Shown here one piece after another: positions 1 through 9,590 of a stretch of 64,000 bases of DNA (position 1 is the first letter of the stretch; each line of letters begins with the position of its first letter). Position numbers and translations under genes: made by a program. The notes beneath the pieces were generated by a model. That model ran no database searches, had not been told where the DNA came from, and worked only from the letters and a program-made list of their open reading frames with translations. Source of the DNA: Candidatus Eiseniibacteriota bacterium (GTDB lineage Bacteria > Eisenbacteria > RBG-16-71-46 > CAVPCR01); contig CAWGMA010000001.1 of NCBI GenBank assembly GCA_963823555.1, forward strand, positions 1,568,001-1,632,000, in the 5' to 3' direction.

Positions 1-998
1 CCGCCAAGAATGAGGGGCGCCATGTGAAGCGTCAGCCGGTCCGCCCACCCCCCGGCCAGGAACTCGGTGGCCAGGCTCGCTCCCCCTTCGACCAGGACGC
101 GGCGCACACCCCTGAGGGCAAGGAAACGCAGCGCCCGCTCGAGGCTGATCCGCTCGCTTCGCGCCGGACCGGGTACGGCGAAGATCTCGACACCGGGCCG
201 CACGAGCCTCGACGCCCGCCTGCCTTGAGCCGCTTCCACCGTGGTCAGGATCCAGGTCGGCGCCTTTCCGTCGCGGAACAGCCGCGCCGCGGCCGGCAGA
301 TCCAGCCGCCCGCTGACCACCACCCGCACCGGATGCGCCCCCCGCTTGAGCCGGACCGTCAGCTCAGGATCATCATGACGCACCGTGCCCGCGCCTACCA
401 GCACGGCGTCGGCGGCAGCCCGCATCTCGTGCGCGGCGCGCCGGGCGGGAAGACCCGTGATCCAGCGCGAATCCCCTCCGGCGAGGGCCAGCCGTCCGTC
501 CAGGGTGACCGCCAGCTTGAGGTCGACCAGCGGCAGACCGGTGCGCTGAAAGTGGTTATACGCCACATTCAAGGCATCGGCCTCAGCGGCGAGGAGGCCG
601 GTCTCGACGTCCAGATCCGCCCGCCGCATCCGTGCCAGCCCCCGGCCACGGACCCGCGGATCCCGATCCCGCCCGGCAACGACGACCCGTCGGATTCCGG
701 AGTCCAGGATGGCGGCGCTGCAGGGAGGGGTGAGCCCGTGGTGATTGCACGGCTCCAGGGTCACGTAGATCGTCGCCCCGCGCGCCCGCGTCCCGGCCTG
801 CCGGAGAGCCTCGACCTCGGCGTGATCTTGCCCCCGCCGCCGGTGCCAACCCTCGCCGACGATCCGGCCTTGGCGCACCACGACCGCCCCCACGAAGGGA
901 TTCGGATGCGGTTTCCCCCGCCGGGCGAGCTCGAGCGCCCGCCGCATGAAGCGCTCGTCCGGCGTGGCCCCTCGGTCTGCCTCAGATCGTGCACGCAT
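1..998 (-). CDS. ribD: Riboflavin biosynthesis deaminase/reductase RibD (3' end runs off the window)
   Basis: Manual minus-strand translation (not in the ORF track): MRARSEADRGATPDERFMRRALELARRG..PNPFVGAVVV..HAEVEAL..YVTLEPCNHHGLTPPC (Zn deaminase motifs), then a reductase domain with TLDGR, SRWIT and LVEGG. Confidence 0.93.
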   Translation of the reverse strand, partial: MRARSEADRGATPDERFMRRALELARRGKPHPNPFVGAVVVRQGRIVGEGWHRRRGQDHAEVEALRQAGTRARGATIYVTLEPCNHHGLTPPCSAAILDSGIRRVVVAGRDRDPRVRGRGLARMRRADLDVETGLLAAEADALNVAYNHFQRTGLPLVDLKLAVTLDGRLALAGGDSRWITGLPARRAAHEMRAAADAVLVGAGTVRHDDPELTVRLKRGAHPVRVVVSGRLDLPAAARLFRDGKAPTWILTTVEAAQGRRASRLVRPGVEIFAVPGPARSERISLERALRFLALRGVRRVLVEGGASLATEFLAGGWADRLTLHMAPLILG

Positions 999-1166
999 TC
1001 CTCACTCCGCGACGATCCTCCCTGGCGCAACTAACCGCGTCACAGATGCGATATTCGCGCATACCGCCATGGTGTCTCGCCTCCTGACGCCCTGTCACAC
1101 CCTGACGACCGCTGTCGCTGGCTCACGGCGACCCCAACGCAAAGCGAAGAAGCCGTGGAGCCGAAG

Positions 1167-1195
1167 AGGGTACGCGGCCGGGCCCCCAGCGTCAA
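1167..1195 (-). promoter_or_regulatory. Putative sigma70 promoter for ribD
   Basis: TTGACG-17 bp-TACCCT on the minus strand. Confidence 0.45.
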
Positions 1196-1217
1196 GCCAT
1201 GCGGGACGTCTTTCTCG

Positions 1218-1247
1218 TTGACCTAGCACGACTTGCCGCGATAACCT
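1218..1247 (+). promoter_or_regulatory. Putative sigma70 promoter for the GT2/GT-C pair
   Basis: TTGACC-18 bp-TAACCT, divergent from the ribD promoter. Confidence 0.4.
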
Positions 1248-1321
1248 GAGGCATTCGTCCAACTCCCCCGCTCCGAGCCCGACTCGCCGGGCTCCAAGCG
1301 CTGCGGCTCCCGTAAACCTCC

Positions 1322-2047
1322 ATGAGCGCCGACCGCGAACTCAAGCTCTCCATCATCATCCCCGTCTACAACGAACGGGCGACGATCTCGACGATCATCG
1401 ACCGGGTGAACCGCGTCGACCTGCCGAAAGAGATCATCGTCGTCGATGACGGTTCGCGCGACGGCACCGCGGAGGTGCTCCGCCAGAAACTGGCCGGCCA
1501 CGCCGTCAACCTCATTCATACCTCTCTGGTCAACCTCGGCAAGGGAGCCTCCATTCGCTATGGCCTCGAGTACGTGCGGGGCGACATCGTGATCATCCAG
1601 GATGCCGACCTCGAGCTGGACCCAGAGGATTACCACCGCATCCTGACCGCCTTCCACGAGCGGCACGCCGACGTTGTCTATGGGTCTCGCTTCCTGGAAC
1701 GGGGCTACTTCCGCGCCTACCCCGAGGTCCGCTTCGGAAACAAGCTGGCCAATTTCCTCCTCGCGTGGGCGGTGCGCGTGCTATGGCGAGTGCGCCTTAC
1801 CGACGAGGCGACATCGTACAAGGCGTTTCGGACGGCGGTCATCAAATCGATGGACCTGCGCGCCGTCGGGTTCGAGTTCTGTCCGGAGGTCACGGCCAAG
1901 GTTCTGAACCGCGGCTACACGATCCACGAGGTGCCGATCCACTACCATCCACGCACCATCGCCGAGGGCAAGAAGGTGCGCTGGTTCGATGGGGTCAAGG
2001 CGCTCTATGTCCTTCTCAAGTACCGCTTCGTGGCGCGCAATGAATGA
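1322..2047 (+). CDS. GT2 glycosyltransferase, DPM1/polyprenol-phosphate glycosyltransferase-like
   Basis: LSIIIPVYNE, VVDDGSRDGT, NLGKG, IQDADLE, VYGSRF and FEFCPE motifs. Confidence 0.9.
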   Translation: MSADRELKLSIIIPVYNERATISTIIDRVNRVDLPKEIIVVDDGSRDGTAEVLRQKLAGHAVNLIHTSLVNLGKGASIRYGLEYVRGDIVIIQDADLELDPEDYHRILTAFHERHADVVYGSRFLERGYFRAYPEVRFGNKLANFLLAWAVRVLWRVRLTDEATSYKAFRTAVIKSMDLRAVGFEFCPEVTAKVLNRGYTIHEVPIHYHPRTIAEGKKVRWFDGVKALYVLLKYRFVARNE

Positions 2048-3650
2048 GCGCGTCGAAAGCACGCCAGACCGGGACGCGCTCCGCCGGGGTGACCGCCGAG
2101 TCGCCCGGCGGCTGTTCTTCTTCTGCCTCTTGGCCTACCTGCTCCTGGGCAGCGGCACGATCCCTTCCTCCGATGGCTACACCATGTTCACCCTGGCCCG
2201 GAGCATGCTGAGCGGCCAGCTCTCCATTCCCGAAGGCAATGGCAAGGTCGGCCGGAACGGGCTCCTCTATGCCAAGGCGGATCCGGGACAGGCCGTCGTC
2301 GCTCTGCCTCTTGTCGCCACGGGCGAGCTCACGGCCCGGCTCTTACCCTCCGGGCCGATCCGCGATCTCTGGCCCCGCAGCGTGGCCTCGACCTTCAATG
2401 CCGTCGTCGGCGCCGCCGCGGTTCTCGGTTTCTTCCTCTTGCTTCGCGCCCTCGGCTGCACGGTCCAGACGGCCGTCTGGATGAGCATGGGCCTCGCCCT
2501 GGCCACTCCCCTCCTGCCCTACACCAAATCGTTCATGCGGGAGCCGCTCCTCATGCTGTGCGGGATCGCCGCGTTCCTCGCCATCCATCGAAGCAGGGAG
2601 TCAACACCCGAATCCGCGGCGCAGGGTAGAAGGGCAACCAGCCAGCGCCCGGCGCTCGCCGCCGGTCTCTGGCTAGGCGTCGGGATGGTGGTCAAGTCGA
2701 GCTTTGTCATCAACGTCCCGATCCTCCTCGCCTATCTCATGGCCACCTCGCACCGCGAGATGCGACGGCGCCGCGTGGCCGCCTTCCTCGCTGGCCCCAT
2801 CGCCGGTGGACTGCTTCTAGCTCTCTACAACGCCCACCGCTTCGGCAACCCGCTCACCAGCGGCTACGATCCGACCGTCGACAACTTCTCGACGCCCCTT
2901 TTGGTCGGCCTCTATGGCCAGCTCCTGAGCTCGGGCAAGAGCATCTTCCTCTATGCACCGCTCGGGCTCGTCGCCCTGTTCGCGTTTCCCGCGTTCGCTC
3001 GCCGCCACCGGCCTGAAGCGCTGACCGCCGCCGCCCTCTTTGTCACGCACGTCATCTTCCACGCCAAGTTCGCCTCCTGGGCTGGAGAGGGCAGCTGGGG
3101 GCCACGCTACCTGGTGCCTGTCCTTCCCTTCCTCCTGCTTCCCGCGAGCGAGTTCGTGGCTGGTCCGCGCCGCGTCGCGCGTCGCGCCGCAGCGGCTGCG
3201 CTCATCCTCGGGTTGCTGGTCCAGGCCGGCGGAACGGCGATCTACTTTGGCTCCTACATGCGCGATCTGGGCGAGTATCCCTACGAACGCAACTTCTCCG
3301 ATCCGCTGTTCATGTATCGTTCACACTTCGTCCCCAACTACTCGCCGGTGGTTGGACACTGGCGCCTGCTGACCAGGAACACCGCCCTCCTGTTCGATGC
3401 CGAGCGGCGCCCCCACCTCGGCCTGCGTTCGGAAGAGGCGGGGCGCCTGCCGCTCAGCGCCGGCGATCGCGATGAACTCCGTTACGTCGTGAACTTCTGG
3501 TTCTGCTACTTGATCTACGCGGGGCAACCAGCGACCATGCCCCTCGTGCCGCTGGGGATTCTCCTCACGCTCACGGTGGGGGCCGGTTTCCGCCTGTGGA
3601 GCTCCGCGCGCGCCAGGGAGGATCGCGAGCGCGGGGCGCTGGCTTGGTGA
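2040..3650 (+). CDS. Polytopic membrane protein, probable GT-C (ArnT/PMT-like) glycosyltransferase
   Basis: Many TM segments, acidic SSDG loop after TM1, WAGEGSWGPRY motif; ATG at 2040 overlaps the GT2 3' end. Confidence 0.65.
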   Translation: MNERVESTPDRDALRRGDRRVARRLFFFCLLAYLLLGSGTIPSSDGYTMFTLARSMLSGQLSIPEGNGKVGRNGLLYAKADPGQAVVALPLVATGELTARLLPSGPIRDLWPRSVASTFNAVVGAAAVLGFFLLLRALGCTVQTAVWMSMGLALATPLLPYTKSFMREPLLMLCGIAAFLAIHRSRESTPESAAQGRRATSQRPALAAGLWLGVGMVVKSSFVINVPILLAYLMATSHREMRRRRVAAFLAGPIAGGLLLALYNAHRFGNPLTSGYDPTVDNFSTPLLVGLYGQLLSSGKSIFLYAPLGLVALFAFPAFARRHRPEALTAAALFVTHVIFHAKFASWAGEGSWGPRYLVPVLPFLLLPASEFVAGPRRVARRAAAAALILGLLVQAGGTAIYFGSYMRDLGEYPYERNFSDPLFMYRSHFVPNYSPVVGHWRLLTRNTALLFDAERRPHLGLRSEEAGRLPLSAGDRDELRYVVNFWFCYLIYAGQPATMPLVPLGILLTLTVGAGFRLWSSARAREDRERGALAW

Positions 3651-3663
3651 TCGGGCGCCAGCT

Positions 3664-4734
3664 CTAGGGCACGCAGGGAAGAGCAGCGCGCAACGTGCGC
3701 AGCGAGTCGATCCGCGCATCCGCCGGGTGGTGGGCGATGAATCTCTCGATCGCCGCAGCCACGAACTGGCAATCGTCCGGGCTCCCGCTGGCCGCATGAG
3801 CTTCGGCGATGAGAGCGATCGCACGCAGCTGCCAGGTCGCTGCCAGGGTGCTGTCGGACTCCAAGGCGGCATGCATGCCATAGCGGACGGCCAGTTCCCT
3901 GGCGGCAGTGGAGCCCTCACCCCGTTTCTTCTCGGCCTCCGCCAGTTCAGCTGCAGCCTCTACAGAGCTCTTCTCCGGCAGCCTGGCGAAACTCCGCTGT
4001 GGGCTCGGTGCGGGAGTCTCGGCTTTGAACGCGCCCCATGACGAGGGCGCGGGCCCATCTGACTGCAGCATGCTACGCTCCCCCCTCGTCGTGCTCCGGG
4101 TCCCTGGCTCAAGCTGAGGCGACACCCAGGCGGCGGCGCTTCCATCCTGGTTCGGGTGCAGGATTGCCTCTGAGCCCTTGTCAGGCTCGAAGCTCGCTGT
4201 TCCGTCTCGCGGGCCTTGAGCGGGGTCGGACTTCCCCGCCACCGCCGGCCGTTCCGTGCCATCCGGTTGCTGCGGGCGCGCTCCTCCGGACAGAAGGTGT
4301 TCATCACCATTGCCCCCGAGGTGCTCCTCCACCTGTCCCACCTTTACCTGTTGAGCTAGCTTCCTTTCAGCCTCCGGAAGCAAGCGATCTGTGACCTGGA
4401 GGACCACGAGGAGGATCGCAGCGGCTGCGGCCACCGGCACGAACCGCGGCCAGCTCAGGAGCTCCCGCCACGACCGGCGCGCCGGCCTTGGCTTGTCGCG
4501 CTCGACCACATTCCGCACCCGCGCCGCGAGGCGCTCCAAGTCGGCAGGGGACGGCGGCGAACCCTCGAGCGCCAGCACAGCGTGATCCGCGCGCTCGATC
4601 GCAGCGAGAGCGTCCTTGCAGCGATGGCAGCCCGAGAGATGCGACTCCACGCGCGCCTGCTCCCGTGGCGCGAGCTCGCCGTCGGCATAGCCCCCGAGGA
4701 GCTCCTCGATCTTCCTGCACTCGGCGTTCATCAT
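3664..4734 (-). CDS. Zinc-binding anti-sigma factor (zf-HC2) with TM helix and extracytoplasmic domain
   Basis: N-terminal C..HLSGCHRC (HxxxCxxC), one TM segment, 4-bp overlap with the ECF sigma stop. Confidence 0.85.
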   Translation of the reverse strand: MMNAECRKIEELLGGYADGELAPREQARVESHLSGCHRCKDALAAIERADHAVLALEGSPPSPADLERLAARVRNVVERDKPRPARRSWRELLSWPRFVPVAAAAAILLVVLQVTDRLLPEAERKLAQQVKVGQVEEHLGGNGDEHLLSGGARPQQPDGTERPAVAGKSDPAQGPRDGTASFEPDKGSEAILHPNQDGSAAAWVSPQLEPGTRSTTRGERSMLQSDGPAPSSWGAFKAETPAPSPQRSFARLPEKSSVEAAAELAEAEKKRGEGSTAARELAVRYGMHAALESDSTLAATWQLRAIALIAEAHAASGSPDDCQFVAAAIERFIAHHPADARIDSLRTLRAALPCVP

Positions 4735-5414
4735 CTGGACCTATCACCCGGTCCGCGTTCGAGCTCGGCTCGGAGAGCCTGCCTCGCTCGCGACAGCCGG
4801 GACATCACCGTCCCCCGCGGGATTCCCAGGACCTGGGCCATCTCCCGGTAGTCGAGCCCCTCGCGCACGCGGAGCCATAGAACCGTTCTGGCCTCCGGAT
4901 CCAGGCGCTGGAAGGCCTCCTCCGCTCGCTCGCGGAGCTCCTCCCCCACGGCGGCGCTTTCCGCCGACGGCTCCGGACTGGGCAGTTGAATCGGCTCGCC
5001 GGCCTCATTCGCCAGCGAGACCGTCGGCGGTGCGCTGGAACGCCGCCGCCAGCGATCGCGTGCCAGATTGACCGCAATGGTGAGGATCCAAGGCCGGAAA
5101 TCGCGTCCCAATTTGAAACTCTGGATCCCGGTGAAAGCTCGGACGAAGGTCTCCTGCACCAGATCATCGCGATCGTCGGGATCGCTCACCAGACGTCCGA
5201 TGACTCGGGTGACGATGCCACCATAGGCCCGCACGAGGTCGGCAAAGGCCTCGCCATCCCCACCCTGGGCGGCACGGATCCAGCCGGCGACCAGTGCCGG
5301 ATCGGGGCCCTGCGCCCTCTCGGGTGGCGTTCCTCGTGCCGTGGCCGGGGCGACGGCTGGGGGATCGCTCACCACGGCCGGGCGGGGCGGCGGTGCCGAC
5401 GTCTCCCTTCGCAT
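4731..5414 (-). CDS. ECF RNA polymerase sigma factor
   Basis: Region 2 (DDLVQETF, FRPWILTIAVN) and region 4 (YREMAQVLGIPRGTVMSRLSRAR); ATG at 5414 follows AGGAGAGGG. Confidence 0.92.
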   Translation of the reverse strand: MRRETSAPPPRPAVVSDPPAVAPATARGTPPERAQGPDPALVAGWIRAAQGGDGEAFADLVRAYGGIVTRVIGRLVSDPDDRDDLVQETFVRAFTGIQSFKLGRDFRPWILTIAVNLARDRWRRRSSAPPTVSLANEAGEPIQLPSPEPSAESAAVGEELRERAEEAFQRLDPEARTVLWLRVREGLDYREMAQVLGIPRGTVMSRLSRARQALRAELERGPGDRSR

Positions 5415-5424
5415 CCCTCTCCTG

Positions 5425-5450
5425 TTACGCAACCAGGCGGGGTGGATTCC
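5425..5450 (-). promoter_or_regulatory. Putative ECF-type autoregulatory promoter
   Basis: GGAAT-16 bp-CGTAA directly upstream of the ECF gene RBS. Confidence 0.6.
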
Positions 5451-5456
5451 CTTCGA

Positions 5457-5669
5457 TCAGCGAGGCGGCTCTTCGTGCGGGTCCACCGGGCGACAGGTGG
5501 TGTCGATGATGTCCTTGGGGTCGATGTCGGGAACGCGGGGCGCTGGGGGAGCCGCAGGGGGAGCCGCGGGGGGAACCGCACGCCTCCCCATCCCCAGGCC
5601 ACGTAGCAAGCGCAACACGAGGACACCGAACAGAAAGTAGAGGATGGCGCGCAATATCACGAGCAACAT
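5457..5669 (-). CDS. Small membrane protein, 70 aa
   Basis: Hydrophobic N-terminus, Pro/Ala linker and DPKDIID tail; fills the gap upstream of the ECF gene. Confidence 0.6.
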   Translation of the reverse strand: MLLVILRAILYFLFGVLVLRLLRGLGMGRRAVPPAAPPAAPPAPRVPDIDPKDIIDTTCRPVDPHEEPPR

Positions 5670-5812
5670 GGTCCCATGCAGCGGTGCGCCGTCGGCGCAT
5701 ACGAAACCCGATGCATGCTAGCACGGCGCTCTGCACAGCTCAACGTAGGGCCCCGGCCTGCGCTCCGGCCCCCCGCGATCCGAACCCGGAGCCGCGTCGG
5801 AGAACCGCACTG

Positions 5813-7444
5813 ATGGTGGTTCGCCCGGTCCGTGCCGTCCTTCTGGCAGCGGTTCTCAGCGTGATATGGCTTCAGCCTGCGCCTGCGAGCTCGAGCGACG
5901 AGGACCCACTGGATCCGAACGGCGCTGTGAGCGATGTTCTGCGCCTCGTGCGAGCCAACTACGTCGATGAAGTCGACGCCCCAAAGCTGGTTGACGCAGC
6001 GATCCAGGGCCTGCTCCGGAAGCTCGATCCCCACTCCAACTACCTCGACCCCAAGCGCCTCGCACTGACGAACGAGCGCAATCGTGGCGAGTACGATGGA
6101 ATCGGCATTTCCTTCGCCCTCCATTCCGGCCACATCACCGTCATCTCCGCCATCGAAGGCACGCCCAGCGATCGCCTGGGCATCCGTCCTGGGGACCGCA
6201 TTGTCGAAATCGATGGCGTCAACGCCTTTGGCCTCAGCGACGACGAAGTCTTCGCTCGACTCCGAGGCCAGGAAGGCACGACCGTTGCGATCACCATCGC
6301 CCGTGAAGGTGAGGACGACGTCCTCCGCTTCAACATGGTCCGCGAGCGGATCCCCATCAAGAGTGTTCCCTACTGGTTTCTGCTGGATCAAGACACGGGC
6401 TACGTACGCATGGTTCGTTTCTCGGCCCATGCCAGCTCGGAGCTGGCACGCGCCCTGGACGACCTCGAGTCGCGCGGGATGAAGCGGTTGATCCTCGATC
6501 TCCGCGGCAACCCGGGCGGCTATCTCGAGCAGGCGGTTGCGGTCGCCGACCAGTTCCTCGACAATCGCAAGCTCGTCGTCTACACCAAGGGTCGGGTCGC
6601 GGGCGCCGTCGCTGAGCATCGGGCCTCTGGCAGCCACATCGACTCACACCAACCGCTGATCGTCATCATCGACCATGGCAGTGCTTCGGCCGCAGAGATC
6701 GTGGCCGGGGCCATCCAGGACTGGGATCGGGGCCTCATCGTCGGTCAGACGAGCTTCGGCAAGGGCTTGGTCCAGCGCCAGTACCGCCTGTGGGACGGGT
6801 CCGCCCTGTTCCTCACCATAGGCCGCTACTACACCCCCGCCGGGCGCCTCATCCAGCGGGAATACGAGGACGATCGGGTGAGCTACTACGCCGCGGCCTA
6901 CGAGGACGCGGCGGCCGAGCACCGAGGCGCGGGCGAGCTCTATCTGACGGCCGCCGGGCGGCGGGTCTTCGGCGGTGGGGGCATCGCCCCGGATGTCCGC
7001 TGCGACCCGGAGGAGCCGAGTCCGACCCTTGCAGCCGTGGAGCGCGCCCAGCTGCCCTTCGCCTTTGCCCAGCACTACATCGTGAATAGTGGCTTCACCT
7101 ACCCGGCCGGCTTCGAGCGATTTCTCACCGATTACGAGCTTGACGACACGGCATGGACCGCGCTACTCGGGTATGCGGCCGGGACCGATCTCGAGATCGG
7201 TCCGGACCGGCTGGCCGCCGATCGGACCGCCATCGCCCACAGCGTGAAGCGGGAGATGGCCGCGTACCTATGGGGCCCCACGGAGCGCTACCGGGTATTG
7301 ATCGCCGCGGATAGCATGGTCGCTCGCTGCCGGGACCTGTTCTCCGAGGCAGACGGGCTTCTGGCCCTCCACGACGCATCCTGTAAGGTCGGAGCGGTGA
7401 AACGCAGCGCAACCTCCCGAACCCAAGCGGGGTACCAGGATTGA
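5813..7444 (+). CDS. ctpA: S41A carboxy-terminal processing protease (CtpA-like), copy 1
   Basis: Signal peptide, LDPHS, PDZ GIGI, LDLRGNPGG, GSASAAEI (Ser) and TSFGKG (Lys). Start chosen at ATG 5813 after GGAGAA. Confidence 0.9.
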   Translation: MVVRPVRAVLLAAVLSVIWLQPAPASSSDEDPLDPNGAVSDVLRLVRANYVDEVDAPKLVDAAIQGLLRKLDPHSNYLDPKRLALTNERNRGEYDGIGISFALHSGHITVISAIEGTPSDRLGIRPGDRIVEIDGVNAFGLSDDEVFARLRGQEGTTVAITIAREGEDDVLRFNMVRERIPIKSVPYWFLLDQDTGYVRMVRFSAHASSELARALDDLESRGMKRLILDLRGNPGGYLEQAVAVADQFLDNRKLVVYTKGRVAGAVAEHRASGSHIDSHQPLIVIIDHGSASAAEIVAGAIQDWDRGLIVGQTSFGKGLVQRQYRLWDGSALFLTIGRYYTPAGRLIQREYEDDRVSYYAAAYEDAAAEHRGAGELYLTAAGRRVFGGGGIAPDVRCDPEEPSPTLAAVERAQLPFAFAQHYIVNSGFTYPAGFERFLTDYELDDTAWTALLGYAAGTDLEIGPDRLAADRTAIAHSVKREMAAYLWGPTERYRVLIAADSMVARCRDLFSEADGLLALHDASCKVGAVKRSATSRTQAGYQD

Positions 7445-7506
7445 ACATCAGAACCCCAAGAAGCTTCTCCCCCGCGCCGGCCGGCGCCGTCAGGAAGGAT
7501 GCCGCG

Positions 7507-9156
7507 ATGTCCAAGTTCTCGCTCGCACTGTGCCTCGCCACCGCGGCTCTCCTCGGGATGGCGACAACCGCATTCCCGGCCGCCGATCCCTCGGCCGAGG
7601 AGAACCTCCTCGAGCGCCTGCGCACCTTCAACGACGTCCTGCGCCTGGTCCGGGCCAACTACGTCGACGAGGTGGACTCCGCGGAGCTCATTGATGGAGC
7701 CATCGTGGGACTCCTCGAGGAACTCGACCCTCATTCCAACTATGTCGACCCCAAGCGCGCGTCCCAGATGAACGAACGCTACCGTGGCGAGTACTTTGGC
7801 ATTGGCATCTCCTTCGCCATCCGGGACGGGTATCTCACCGTGATCTCACCGATCGAAGGTAGCCCCTCGGATCGGCTGGGCATCCGTGCCGGTGACCGCA
7901 TCGTCAAGATCGACGGCGCTTCCGCCATGGGCATCAGCGAGAACGAGGTGTTCGAGAAGCTACGGGGGCCGCAGGGGACAACCGTGCATGTCTCCATCCA
8001 GCGCGACGGCCGCGACGATCTCATCGAGATCGATATCGTGCGCGAACGAATCGAGCTCAAGAGCGTCCCCTACGCCTTCATGCTCGATGGCGAGACAGGC
8101 TACATCCGCATGATCCTCTTCTCCTCGACGACCGGGCAAGAGCTCGACGGCGCCCTCGATCAACTCGAAGCAGCGGGAATGAAGCGCCTCGTCCTGGACC
8201 TGCGCGGCAACGCGGGCGGGCTCCTCGAGCAAGCCGTCGAGGTGGCCGACAAGTTCATCAACGGCCGCAAGTTGCTGGTCTTCCAGAAGGGACGCGTCGA
8301 GAGCGCGAACGAGGAGCACTACGCATCCGATTCCGATCGCCACCCCACCTCCCCGCTCGTCGTCCTCATCGATCATGGCAGCGCCTCGGCCTCGGAGATC
8401 GTCGCCGGCGCGGTCCAGGACTGGGATCGCGGCCTGGTAGCCGGGCAGACGAGTTTCGGCAAGGGTCTCGTCCAGCGGCAATTCCGCCTGCGGGATGGAT
8501 CCGCGCTGTTTCTGACCATCGCCCGCTACTACACGCCCTCAGGCCGGCTCATTCAACGCGACTACGAACCCGGGGATCGCACCACCTACTATGCCGCCGG
8601 CTTGGATGACGATGACCCCAACGCCAACCCCGATTCGACCGCGAGCCGCCCGGCCTACCGTACGGCGGCTGGGCGCACGGTCTACGGGGGCGGCGGCATC
8701 ACGCCCGATACCAAGATCGAATTACCCGCCTTCACGGCGACGCAAGAGGCGGTGGAACGCGCCACTCTGCCCTTCCAGTTTGCCAACGCCTATGTCGGCA
8801 AGCATCAGTTCACCTACCCCGCCGGATTCGAGCGTTATCTTTCTGAGTACGCCGTCGACAATGCGACCTGGGGTGAATTCCTCGAATACGCGGCGACCAC
8901 CGCTCCCACGCTCACTCCGGAGGAACTCGAGGCGGAACGCGAGTACATCGCTCGCAGCGTCAAGCGCGAGATCGCCGGCAACCTGTGGGGTCCCACGGAG
9001 CGCTACCGGGTGCTGCTCGCCAGCGATCCGATGCTGGCCGAAGCTCGTGAGCTGTTCCCCCAGGCACTGGAGATGCTCGCCCTACGGCAGCAGAACGGCG
9101 GGCGCCCCGGCCCCTGGCAGGCAGCCGGCGGAGCGCCCGGGAGCGCGGACAACTAG
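7507..9156 (+). CDS. ctpA: S41A carboxy-terminal processing protease (CtpA-like), copy 2
   Basis: Same motifs (LDPHS, GIGI, LDLRGNAGG, GSASASEI, TSFGKG); ATG at 7507 after AGGAAGG; signal peptide. Confidence 0.92.
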   Translation: MSKFSLALCLATAALLGMATTAFPAADPSAEENLLERLRTFNDVLRLVRANYVDEVDSAELIDGAIVGLLEELDPHSNYVDPKRASQMNERYRGEYFGIGISFAIRDGYLTVISPIEGSPSDRLGIRAGDRIVKIDGASAMGISENEVFEKLRGPQGTTVHVSIQRDGRDDLIEIDIVRERIELKSVPYAFMLDGETGYIRMILFSSTTGQELDGALDQLEAAGMKRLVLDLRGNAGGLLEQAVEVADKFINGRKLLVFQKGRVESANEEHYASDSDRHPTSPLVVLIDHGSASASEIVAGAVQDWDRGLVAGQTSFGKGLVQRQFRLRDGSALFLTIARYYTPSGRLIQRDYEPGDRTTYYAAGLDDDDPNANPDSTASRPAYRTAAGRTVYGGGGITPDTKIELPAFTATQEAVERATLPFQFANAYVGKHQFTYPAGFERYLSEYAVDNATWGEFLEYAATTAPTLTPEELEAEREYIARSVKREIAGNLWGPTERYRVLLASDPMLAEARELFPQALEMLALRQQNGGRPGPWQAAGGAPGSADN

Positions 9157-9536
9157 GAGCGCGCGCTGCCGCCGGGACCTGGATCGACTCCGATCGCGCG
9201 CAGGTAGGCCTCGACGAGCGCGCGGGCTCGGACGTAGTCCTCGGGAGCAACGAGCAACTGCCCCCAGTAGCCCTTGAGCGTGCTCATGATCCCATCGGCC
9301 CACGGGATCTGGGCCGAACGCACGAGGCTCGGGATATCCTGCTCCGCCAGCACTCGTTGCACGGCGAGGGCCGAGAACTCATCCGGTGCGCGGTACACCG
9401 GCCGATAGTCCACCCACACCAATTCTCGCCCCGGTTCCTCGTTCTCGATGCCATCCTCGAGTCTGGTGTGGCACGGCCAGCAGACCTCGACATGATCTTC
9501 GTACTCAGCGTTGCAGCGGGGACAATGACGGGGCAT
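9153..9536 (-). CDS. Zinc-ribbon + DUF2007-like small protein
   Basis: CPRC..CWPC N-terminus followed by A..VQRVLAEQDIPS..LLVAPEDY.RA pattern. Confidence 0.65.
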   Translation of the reverse strand: MPRHCPRCNAEYEDHVEVCWPCHTRLEDGIENEEPGRELVWVDYRPVYRAPDEFSALAVQRVLAEQDIPSLVRSAQIPWADGIMSTLKGYWGQLLVAPEDYVRARALVEAYLRAIGVDPGPGGSARS

Positions 9537-9590
9537 GGTTTCGATGTCTGGGTGCTATCGATGGTGCTGCACTCGGGGTGTCGAGAAAGA

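Noticed and set aside
24..1034. 336-aa plus-strand ORF
   Set aside because: Antisense shadow of ribD, which has clear motifs on the minus strand.
1000..1200. FMN riboswitch upstream of ribD
   Set aside because: The conserved RFN blocks were not found by eye.
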